Source: a virus (taxonomy: Duplodnaviria; Caudoviricetes). From it: 64,000 nucleotides of DNA. The translations under genes and the position numbers were made by a program. Under the pieces are notes generated by a model. The model was not told the DNA's origin. It saw only the letters and a program-made list of their open reading frames with translations, and did no database searches. The DNA lies in the IMG/VR virus record IMGVR_UViG_3300022074_005559; one strand, given 5' to 3'. This document shows, one piece after another, positions 55,614 through 63,588 of the stretch (position 1 is the first letter of the stretch; each line of letters starts with the position of its first letter).

Positions 55614-58118
55614 ATGCGACCAATAGAAAACATATCACAAGAACTATTTGATAAGATTCGTAGTAGAGTTAGCAGTATTCGCTTAGGCGATGAAACTGGT
55701 GCAGTCACTACAGATCCAAAACAAGCACGTTTCTTTGAGTTTAACTTTAAACACAGAAACTTACCAGTAGGTGCAGTAACAATAAGCCTCAATGAAGAAG
55801 GCGTATTGCAAGTATACTTCCCAAACAGCATGGTGGAAGATGTAGACACAAACACAGCAAATGCTTGGTACGGCTTTCTCAAAGAACTAAGCAAGTTCAG
55901 TGCAAGAAATATGCTTAACTATGAAACACATAACGTAACAAAAGAACGACTTGATAAGAAAGATTATCAGTTTTTAACACAACGTAGCCAGGACGAAGTG
56001 ATGGAAAACAAAATGTATGGAACCAGCCAAAAGAGTTTCTTAGAACAAGGAACCGCAAAACTTATTATTCAACATGATAAGACAGTAGACGAAACTAAGA
56101 TGGGTGCGAGAAGCCGCAACATCAAAGCAATCTACATTGAGAATGCAGACGGCGAACGCTTTAAGTTTGCTAATAACTATCTGCCAGGTGCGAGAGCAAT
56201 GGCAAGACACATTAGCAACGAAGGTCACACTCGTGATGAACGAGGTGGACATATTGTAAGCATAATGCATGAAATGAATGACCTTAAAACATTTGTTCGT
56301 GCTATTAAGCGTGAAGATTATGTCACAGATGAACAAAACGAAATCATTGAAGCCGCAACAGACAGATACTATGGTTTGAAAGATACGCTAAAAAGCCTGG
56401 CAAGTGCAAATGGTTATCAATCTTACTTTGAAAACTGGGTTCCAGAAGCAGTAGAAGATGAAGGCGATTTAGACGATCTTAAAGAAAAACTAACTCGTAC
56501 AGTGTATGACGAACGTCTTACAACTGCGCTACCAGCAGTACGTCGTGCTATGGAACAACGTTCACAAATGCGTGAAGCAAATGATGAAGAAGCACTAAAG
56601 ATGGCAATGAGCGATGAGCCCATTGAAATCTTTGATAATGAAGCAGACATGGCTGAAATCAAAAACTACATGCAGTACATTAAAAACAGTGATATGGAAG
56701 CACAGCGTAAGAATCAAGCACTAGTAGTTGCTATTGTGCGTTTCCTAGTTAAGAATAGTACTAATGACAATCTTGCTAATGCAATGAGTGAGTTTGATGT
56801 AGAAAACAAAAAGCACATGGCAGCAGGCTATGCACTTGCTAAGAAGTTTATCCAAGGCAAGTACGAAGTCAAACAGAAGGCTGCTAAGAAAGATTTGTAC
56901 GGCAAAGAGAAGTCTGAGAGTGTAACATTTGAATCATTTGAACAGAGCATGGATATGATTGCAGAAGGCACTTGGCATTTGTTTAGTACAGAGGAAGAGA
57001 TTAAAGACTTCCTTGACCTTCTCAAACAACCTCTTAAAGCAGGAGAAGATGGCGAAGATGCTATCAATGCTGTAATGAAGTTTGTAGGTGATGACGATAT
57101 GTTGGATGACATAGCTGTGTTTGTAGAGAAAAATGGTGCTGACAGAGATGCTCGTCCGGTGATCATTAAGTGGCTCGAAAATAATCAATACGGTGGTCGT
57201 TACAGATATCCAGAACAGTATACAGACGCAATCAAAGCAGTGCTTGCTGGTTTGAAAGGCAAAGCAGAAAGTGTAGAAGAAGCAGAGATTGAATTAGAAC
57301 CAGGATATACTATTAAAACAGACAAGCCAGGGGAATTCAAAGGCACCAAAACAACTACAGGATATGTAGGTGGCAAAGGTGGCGAAGTAATGTACAAAGC
57401 AAACAGAATTTTAGATAAAATTGAAAAGGAAGATCCTGCAACCGACGAGCAAGTAAAAGAACTTTTCATTAAATATGCTGGTGGTGAAGACAAAGCAGTC
57501 AAGACAAAGGTTATGAAAGCACTTAGAGAACTTGGATGGTTTGAGGGTGCTACAGAAAGTGTAGAAGAAGGTCGCATGAGTGATGTAGCACAAGAGATTG
57601 ATGAAGTGGCTGCAGAAATGGAACAAAACGACACGTTAGCACCATTTGTAGATGACTTTATTACTATGGCTAAAAAGACTTATGATATTAAAGCAGCACT
57701 AGAAGCAGTACTACCAGACTATGTTCCAGGTAATATGATTAAAGATTTAGTAGGCGAAGCAGTTGAAGAAGATGTAACTGAATCTATGTGTTCACTAAAG
57801 TGTAAGCATTGCGGTGATATGCTAGGACAACCTACAACAGATTGTCCTTGTGACAGCATGGATCCAAAAGGTGACCATTGGGAAATGGTAGACATTGATG
57901 GAGACGGTGACGACGACATTGCATTTGCAAAAGAAGAAATAGAAGAAGTAGATGAAGCAACGGAAAGTCTTGCTAAGTTGAAGGCAATGGCTGGCGTAGG
58001 GTCAAAGTTCAGAAGTAATCATGGGATACACGAAGGCGAAGAGGGATACCAACTCACACCAAGAAGTATAGTGGCACGAGAACTAAGGAAACTACAGGAC
58101 ATTGAAAAAGACTCATAA
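55614..58118 (+). CDS. Large modular acidic protein (candidate processed head-internal protein)
   Basis: 834 aa; compact segments separated by ESVEE-type linkers; Cys/His module CKHC...CPC; TAAATA at 55603-55608. Confidence 0.6.
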   Translation: MRPIENISQELFDKIRSRVSSIRLGDETGAVTTDPKQARFFEFNFKHRNLPVGAVTISLNEEGVLQVYFPNSMVEDVDTNTANAWYGFLKELSKFSARNMLNYETHNVTKERLDKKDYQFLTQRSQDEVMENKMYGTSQKSFLEQGTAKLIIQHDKTVDETKMGARSRNIKAIYIENADGERFKFANNYLPGARAMARHISNEGHTRDERGGHIVSIMHEMNDLKTFVRAIKREDYVTDEQNEIIEAATDRYYGLKDTLKSLASANGYQSYFENWVPEAVEDEGDLDDLKEKLTRTVYDERLTTALPAVRRAMEQRSQMREANDEEALKMAMSDEPIEIFDNEADMAEIKNYMQYIKNSDMEAQRKNQALVVAIVRFLVKNSTNDNLANAMSEFDVENKKHMAAGYALAKKFIQGKYEVKQKAAKKDLYGKEKSESVTFESFEQSMDMIAEGTWHLFSTEEEIKDFLDLLKQPLKAGEDGEDAINAVMKFVGDDDMLDDIAVFVEKNGADRDARPVIIKWLENNQYGGRYRYPEQYTDAIKAVLAGLKGKAESVEEAEIELEPGYTIKTDKPGEFKGTKTTTGYVGGKGGEVMYKANRILDKIEKEDPATDEQVKELFIKYAGGEDKAVKTKVMKALRELGWFEGATESVEEGRMSDVAQEIDEVAAEMEQNDTLAPFVDDFITMAKKTYDIKAALEAVLPDYVPGNMIKDLVGEAVEEDVTESMCSLKCKHCGDMLGQPTTDCPCDSMDPKGDHWEMVDIDGDGDDDIAFAKEEIEEVDEATESLAKLKAMAGVGSKFRSNHGIHEGEEGYQLTPRSIVARELRKLQDIEKDS

Positions 58119-58135
58119 ACAATAGTATACGGAAG

Positions 58136-58165
58136 AAAAGCAGTGCTTAGGCACTGCTTTTTTTT
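58136..58165 (+). terminator. Intrinsic terminator
   Basis: AAAAGCAGTGC-ttag-GCACTGCTTTT followed by a T-run. Confidence 0.9.
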
Positions 58166-58190
58166 ATTCAAAAAAACCTAAAAAAAAATG

Positions 58191-58219
58191 TTGACTTGAT
58201 AAATAAAATAGCATATACT
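58191..58219 (+). promoter_or_regulatory. Nested sigma70 and late promoters for gp32
   Basis: TTGACT, 17-nt spacer, TATACT, with TAAATA (58200-58205) inside the spacer; A-tracts upstream. Confidence 0.7.
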
Positions 58220-58234
58220 GTAACAGTATTTGCA

Positions 58235-58269
58235 AATAGGCACATACAATACATGACAATAGGCACATA
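58235..58269 (+). repeat. 12-bp direct repeat in the gp32 leader
   Basis: AATAGGCACATA at 58235-58246 and 58258-58269, immediately before the AGGAG SD. Confidence 0.85.
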
Positions 58270-58283
58270 TAGGAGAAAATATT

Positions 58284-59273
58284 ATGGCATCTTTGGCAGA
58301 AATTAGAGCAAAACTAAAGTCTCAAGAATCACGCAGTGAGCGTACAGGCGGCGGCGACAACGCAATCTTCCCACATTGGAATATCCCAGAAGGCACAACG
58401 GCAGCAGTACGTTTTTTGCCTGACGGCGATCCTAACAACACATTTTTCTGGGCTGAAAGGCTTATGATTCGTTTACCTTTTAACGGAGTTAAAGGTGATA
58501 TGAACAGTAAGCCAGTAGTGGTTCAAGTTCCATGTGTAGAGATGTGGAACGAAACATGTCCTGTACTAACAGAAGTTCGTGGTTGGTTCAAAGACTCGTC
58601 ACTAGAAGAAATGGGACGTAAGTATTGGAAGAAGCGTAGTTATATCTTCCAAGGCTTTGTAAACGAAAACCCACTTCAAGAAGATACACCTGAGAATCCG
58701 ATTCGCAGATTTGTTATCTCACCAAGCATCTTTAACTTGATTAAGGACGCACTTATGGATCCGGATATTCAAGAAATGCCAACAGATTATACTGCTGGTC
58801 TAGATTTCCGTATCACAAAAACCACTAAGGGACAGTATGCAGATTACAGCACCAGTAAATGGGCTCGTAAAGAAACTGCACTATCTGAACAGCAAATGGC
58901 GGCTATTGAAACACATGGTCTTCATACACTTAGTGACTTCCTTCCTAAGAAACCTACTGAAGTAGAATTACAGTGCATCAAAGAGATGTTCGAAGCAAGT
59001 GTAGATGGACAGCCCTATGACGTTGAACGTTTTGGGCAATACTATCGTCCATACGGTATTGACGCTCCTGCGAGTTCCTCAAACTCTAGTACGTCTACAG
59101 CACCAGCGGCAACTACCCCAGCACCTGCTCCGGCAGCAACTCCAACACCTGTAGCAGAGGCTCCTGTTCCTGCACCACAAACTGAAACTGTGGCAGCACC
59201 AGCGGCAGCACCTGAAGGTGAAAGCAAGCGGGCAGAAGACATCCTAGCGATGATCCGTAACCGCCAATCATAA
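58284..59273 (+). CDS. gp32: Single-stranded DNA-binding protein
   Basis: AVRFLPDGD, CPVLTEVRGWF, RKYWKKRSY, DYTAGLDFRI, YADYSTSKW. Confidence 0.92.
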   Translation: MASLAEIRAKLKSQESRSERTGGGDNAIFPHWNIPEGTTAAVRFLPDGDPNNTFFWAERLMIRLPFNGVKGDMNSKPVVVQVPCVEMWNETCPVLTEVRGWFKDSSLEEMGRKYWKKRSYIFQGFVNENPLQEDTPENPIRRFVISPSIFNLIKDALMDPDIQEMPTDYTAGLDFRITKTTKGQYADYSTSKWARKETALSEQQMAAIETHGLHTLSDFLPKKPTEVELQCIKEMFEASVDGQPYDVERFGQYYRPYGIDAPASSSNSSTSTAPAATTPAPAPAATPTPVAEAPVPAPQTETVAAPAAAPEGESKRAEDILAMIRNRQS

Positions 59274-59283
59274 GACTAAGTAA

Positions 59284-59307
59284 GGACGAGCAAGGAATTG
59301 CTCGTCC
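59284..59307 (+). other. Stable intercistronic hairpin between gp32 and uvsX
   Basis: GGACGAGCAA-ggaa-TTGCTCGTCC: a perfect 10-bp stem with a GNRA loop and no strong U-tract. Confidence 0.7.
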
Positions 59308-59331
59308 ATTCTATTCAGAAAGGAAATTTTA

Positions 59332-60411
59332 ATGGCAAAGCCGTTTGACGTAAGTAAATTTAGAAAAGACATTACAAAGAGCATTGATGGACTAAGCATT
59401 GGTTTTCATGATCCTACAGACTGGATCAGTACTGGCAGTTATGCACTTAACTATCTTGTAAGTGGAGACTTTTACAAGGGTGTGCCTATGGGTAAAGTTA
59501 CAGTGTTTGCTGGTGAATCGGGCGCAGGCAAGAGTTACTTTGCTAGTGGCAACATTATTAGAGCCGCACAGGAACAAGGTATTTTTGTTGTGGTAATCGA
59601 CAGTGAAAACGCACTAGATGAAAGTTGGCTACATGCACTTGGCGTTGACACAGATGAAAGCAAACTGCTTAAACTAAGCATGAGCATGATTGATGACGTT
59701 GCTAAAACGTTTAGCACATTCATGGCAGACTACAAAGCAATGGCAGAGGAAGATCGTCCTAAGGTACTATTTGTACTGGATAGTTTAGGCATGATGATGA
59801 CACCTACTGATGTTGACCAGTTTAATAAAGGCGACATGAAAGGTGACATGGGACGTAAACCTAAGGCACTAACTAGTCTTGTGCGTAACACAGTAAACAT
59901 GATTGGCAGTTATAACGTTGGTATGGTGTGTACTAACCACACATACGCTTCACAGGACATGTTTGATCCAGATGACAAGATCAGTGGCGGACAAGGCTTT
60001 ATCTATGCAAGTAGTATTGTTATTGCAATGCGTAAACTAAAACTAAAAGAAGACCTAGATGGCAATAAAACTACTACTGTAAATGGTATTCGTGCAGCGT
60101 GTAAGGTTATGAAAACACGTTATGCAAAGCCGTTTGAAGCAGTACAGGTTAAGATTCCATATGAAACAGGCATGGATCCCTATAGTGGATTACTTGACTT
60201 GTTTGAAGCAAAAGGTATGCTAACTAAACAGGGCAATCGACTAAAGTATACAACTACCGCAGGCGAAGAAATGCTAGAGTTTCGTAAAGGATGGACAGGA
60301 GATAAACTTCAGGTTATTATGGATGACATTTCTAACGCAGATGGACTAAGTATTGATGACATTGTTGAGCAAACAGTGACAGAACCGGAGGAAGTAACAT
60401 CTGATGAATGA
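59332..60411 (+). CDS. uvsX: RecA-like recombinase
   Basis: ISTGSYALN, Walker A GESGAGKS, LFVLDSLG, NHTY, ISGGQGFIYASS. Confidence 0.95.
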   Translation: MAKPFDVSKFRKDITKSIDGLSIGFHDPTDWISTGSYALNYLVSGDFYKGVPMGKVTVFAGESGAGKSYFASGNIIRAAQEQGIFVVVIDSENALDESWLHALGVDTDESKLLKLSMSMIDDVAKTFSTFMADYKAMAEEDRPKVLFVLDSLGMMMTPTDVDQFNKGDMKGDMGRKPKALTSLVRNTVNMIGSYNVGMVCTNHTYASQDMFDPDDKISGGQGFIYASSIVIAMRKLKLKEDLDGNKTTTVNGIRAACKVMKTRYAKPFEAVQVKIPYETGMDPYSGLLDLFEAKGMLTKQGNRLKYTTTAGEEMLEFRKGWTGDKLQVIMDDISNADGLSIDDIVEQTVTEPEEVTSDE

Positions 60412-60628
60412 AGATATCTTTAAATCGATATATAGTGTACTCAAACAATATATTCCTGCAAAAGATTTACAACAAGCAACAGATCATCTTGTAGATGATG
60501 CACAAGAGTTTTTAGAAGAAGATGAACTGTATAGACTAGCAGGACTTGACAAGCATATGAAAGCAAGTGTTAGCGAGATTATTGGCGAGCCAGACTTTGA
60601 TCATGAAGACGAGGACCTAGACTATTGA
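60404..60628 (+). CDS. Small acidic hypothetical protein
   Basis: 74-aa ORF overlapping both uvsX and uvsY. Confidence 0.6.
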   Translation: MNEDIFKSIYSVLKQYIPAKDLQQATDHLVDDAQEFLEEDELYRLAGLDKHMKASVSEIIGEPDFDHEDEDLDY

Positions 60629-61086
60629 GTCAATGGTATAATAGAGTAGTAAACAATCTTGTTGAGATTCCTAAGTTCATTAGTTACTATGAAAGTGAAC
60701 TAGAAGAAGCAAAGCATGAGTGTAATGTTAAAGGTATTGTAGAAAAAAATATCACTGCACTGCCAGGTATAACCGAGCATCGTTTCAATCAACTTCAAGA
60801 GATTGAAGCAGTGCTTAACTACTTAAACATACAACTTCGTAAGATTAGACGCAAGCATTTCCAAAAATATTTGGAAGGATATGCCCGTGCGTTAACAAGT
60901 CGCGATGCTGAAAAGTATGTTGATGGCGAGGATGAGGTCATTGACTTTGAAACTATTATTAACGAAGTAGCACTGTTGCGCAATAGATGGCTAGGCATAA
61001 TGAAAGGCTTAGATACTAAGCAGTGGCAGATGGGACATGTTGTTAGACTTAGAACAGCAGGCATGGAAGATATCAGGATAGATTAA
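60625..61086 (+). CDS. uvsY: Recombination mediator
   Basis: YLEGYARALTSRDAEKYVDGE...WLGIMKGLDTKQWQM; follows uvsX. Confidence 0.85.
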   Translation: MSQWYNRVVNNLVEIPKFISYYESELEEAKHECNVKGIVEKNITALPGITEHRFNQLQEIEAVLNYLNIQLRKIRRKHFQKYLEGYARALTSRDAEKYVDGEDEVIDFETIINEVALLRNRWLGIMKGLDTKQWQMGHVVRLRTAGMEDIRID

Positions 61087-61499
61087 TGGACTTATTTCAA
61101 CAAGTAGAATTTATATCACACGCAGGCATTCCAATGACATGGAAGATCGAAATGGATGCGCTCACAGATGCCGAATGGGCAGCTTGTGCAAAAATGGTTA
61201 TGGAATATCAAAAACGTCCTTTCTACAAAGCAGTAGGAATTCCACGTGGCGGTGTTAAGTTTGCAAATGCACTTAACAAATACGCCAGTGGAGATCCCAA
61301 CGATGAAGTGATGGTTGTTGATGATGTTTACACTACTGGTACAAGTTTCCGTGAATTTATTGCAGAGAACTATCCTATGTGGACAATGCAACAAGGTTTT
61401 CGTTGGTGTGTGTTTGCTCGCAAACCAAGTGATACTATAGAAGGTGGATTTGTAAAAGCTCTGTTTACTATGCCAGAAGCAACGAACCAATATGATTAA
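61086..61499 (+). CDS. Type I phosphoribosyltransferase (orotate-PRT-like, short)
   Basis: FISHAG...WKIEMDAL, VGIPRGG, and PRPP loop VMVVDDVYTTGTS. Confidence 0.75.
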   Translation: MDLFQQVEFISHAGIPMTWKIEMDALTDAEWAACAKMVMEYQKRPFYKAVGIPRGGVKFANALNKYASGDPNDEVMVVDDVYTTGTSFREFIAENYPMWTMQQGFRWCVFARKPSDTIEGGFVKALFTMPEATNQYD

Positions 61500-62013
61500 G
61501 CAGTACATCAAAAGTTATCCAGACTTTCCCAAAGAGGGTGTAGACTTTAAATGTACAGCAAGTTTATGTGCAGGCGAAGGTTTAAGACTTGTAAACAACT
61601 ATATGTATGATAACCTTTTGAAGTACATGCCTTGCGATAAGATTATAGGCTTAGATGCCCGTGGTTTTATATTTGGCGCAGTGCTAGCACATCGCACACG
61701 CTGTCCACTTGTACTGTGCCGCAAGCAGGGCAAACTACCTGGTGCTACCGTAAGCAACACATTTGAACTTGAATACGGTACTGCTACAATGGAAATACAA
61801 AAAGATAGTATCAACAGAGGCGATAGAGTAATCATTATAGACGACTTGATGGCTACTGGCGGTACTATGCAAGCCGCGATTGATATGATATATGAACTTC
61901 ATGCCACTCCTGTTGCAGTCGCAGTCGCAATGGATCTAAGTTACCTAAATGGTAGCAAACGTATCAAAGAACAAGGAATACCTTTTTATGCAGCAACAGA
62001 ATATCAATCCTGA
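61492..62013 (+). CDS. apt: Adenine phosphoribosyltransferase
   Basis: YPDFPKEGVDF, GLDARGFIFG, RKQGKLPG, LEYG, IIIDDLMATGGT. Confidence 0.85.
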   Translation: MIKQYIKSYPDFPKEGVDFKCTASLCAGEGLRLVNNYMYDNLLKYMPCDKIIGLDARGFIFGAVLAHRTRCPLVLCRKQGKLPGATVSNTFELEYGTATMEIQKDSINRGDRVIIIDDLMATGGTMQAAIDMIYELHATPVAVAVAMDLSYLNGSKRIKEQGIPFYAATEYQS

Positions 62014-62737
62014 CCACAGTCTACTAACACTAGAAGCACTAAATGAGTTTGACGACTTCAAGGCAAGTATTAAACACATGGCAGACTTTGGTTGCGGTAA
62101 AGGACTTGATCTAGAGTACTGGGGGAATATGCGTGAGAACACAGAACAAGGCCCAGGTAGATACTTGGATTTTAACTGTGTAGGCTTTGATTTAAATGCA
62201 GAAAGCAATAAACCAAGTCGCAAAAATATCAAATACAAAAACTTTGATTTAAACAGCAGTGATCCTATGTGGAGTGTTCCATTTGATTTGATTTGGTGTA
62301 ACAACACAATGCAATACTTACACAGTCCTGTTGAGTTTTTAGGCAGAGTAAACAAAAATCTCAGCATGGGTGGGATGCTGTACTTGTGTGTTCCTAGCAC
62401 AATAAATGTACTGCATCATAGGTTTCAAAACTATACTCCTGCAGGACATTTGAATACTTTCACTGTTACACAAATAATCTACTTGCTAGCTCTTAACGGA
62501 TTCGACGTAAAAGACTTTTATTTACAAAAACGTAAGTTTGAGGATATTATACAAGTGATTGTATACAAAGAGCGCGAACCTCTGCCTTATAATACTACAT
62601 GGTACGAGCTAGTAGACAAAGACATCCTCAATGATGAAATGAAAGAGATCGTGCTTAAAAACAATGTACTTACAGACTTGGGTGTAGTTACTACTTGGGT
62701 AGATGGCACAGTACAAGACTATAGATGGCACACCTAA
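61988..62737 (+). CDS. Class I SAM-dependent methyltransferase
   Basis: ADFGCGKG, VGFDLN, FDLIWC, LSMGGMLYLCVP; ATG 61988 is preferred over 61949. Confidence 0.75.
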   Translation: MQQQNINPDHSLLTLEALNEFDDFKASIKHMADFGCGKGLDLEYWGNMRENTEQGPGRYLDFNCVGFDLNAESNKPSRKNIKYKNFDLNSSDPMWSVPFDLIWCNNTMQYLHSPVEFLGRVNKNLSMGGMLYLCVPSTINVLHHRFQNYTPAGHLNTFTVTQIIYLLALNGFDVKDFYLQKRKFEDIIQVIVYKEREPLPYNTTWYELVDKDILNDEMKEIVLKNNVLTDLGVVTTWVDGTVQDYRWHT

Positions 62738-63588
62738 AGTTTATTGCGAATTCTATTCCACTGCACACCTATCTCATCAGCAAACCATTCAGTATATGTC
62801 ATACGATTTAACCAGTTGTGTCTATCAGGCTTGCTTAACCATTCTCCCATGCTAGTACCTACTTCATATGCTAAACTACTTTCACTTACTACTGCAGGCA
62901 CACCTTGTATAACGCTAGTAATGCCAGCGTTGCTACTATGACTAACAGTAAAGTGTGTGTGCTTGAGCATATGTTCTAAATCAAAACTGTCATAGGTTTG
63001 TTGTACATGCTTGGGTATATTCCATGTTACACCTTGATCCTTGTACCATTGCATATCGCAGTTCCAGTGCAGAGATTCTCTATAGCGAGGATGACTGCGA
63101 ACAACTATAGGTTTGTCTGTAACTTTGCGCACTTCTTGGATAGTATTACGATAGTAATAATCCATAACAGGCATATTGCGCCATTGCTCACTGCACCCAT
63201 GTTGTCCACATATTAGCACATACTCGCCTTCTTGTTGCCATGGCTGTAACACAATGCCAAACTTGCTTAGTCTGTCGTCAGGCATGTAAGCATCTACAGC
63301 AAAGTCTGCATCTCTGTTGATCCCGTTTATACCCAACTTCCAAGTAGTGTTGCGTATAAGCCCGCCCACTTCAATGACAATGATTGGCTTGTTTTGTGCG
63401 CGGTAATGATCCCATACACGTTTGTTAGCACTCATCTTTCCATACCATAGCACACTCCATATAAGTGCTGCATCAGCATCCATGCTACCTTCAACAAGTG
63501 TGTCTGTTTGTTGTATAGCATCTACAAGTTGTGGATATACTTCTTGTGCATTGTTTGGTAAGTTATTTGGGAAGTGCGCTATCTTCAT
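62734..63588 (-). CDS. Glycosyltransferase-like protein (capsule-synthesis KpsS/KpsC-like C-terminus)
   Basis: VLICGQ...SEQW, IVVRSHP, VSHSSNAGITSVIQGVP; start at 63588 or 63615. Confidence 0.5.
   Translation of the reverse strand: MKIAHFPNNLPNNAQEVYPQLVDAIQQTDTLVEGSMDADAALIWSVLWYGKMSANKRVWDHYRAQNKPIIVIEVGGLIRNTTWKLGINGINRDADFAVDAYMPDDRLSKFGIVLQPWQQEGEYVLICGQHGCSEQWRNMPVMDYYYRNTIQEVRKVTDKPIVVRSHPRYRESLHWNCDMQWYKDQGVTWNIPKHVQQTYDSFDLEHMLKHTHFTVSHSSNAGITSVIQGVPAVVSESSLAYEVGTSMGEWLSKPDRHNWLNRMTYTEWFADEIGVQWNRIRNKL

Noticed and set aside
54034-60411. Inteins or introns in terminase, gp32 or UvsX
   Set aside because: Lengths and motif spacing are normal, with no C/S...HN intein termini or embedded endonuclease.
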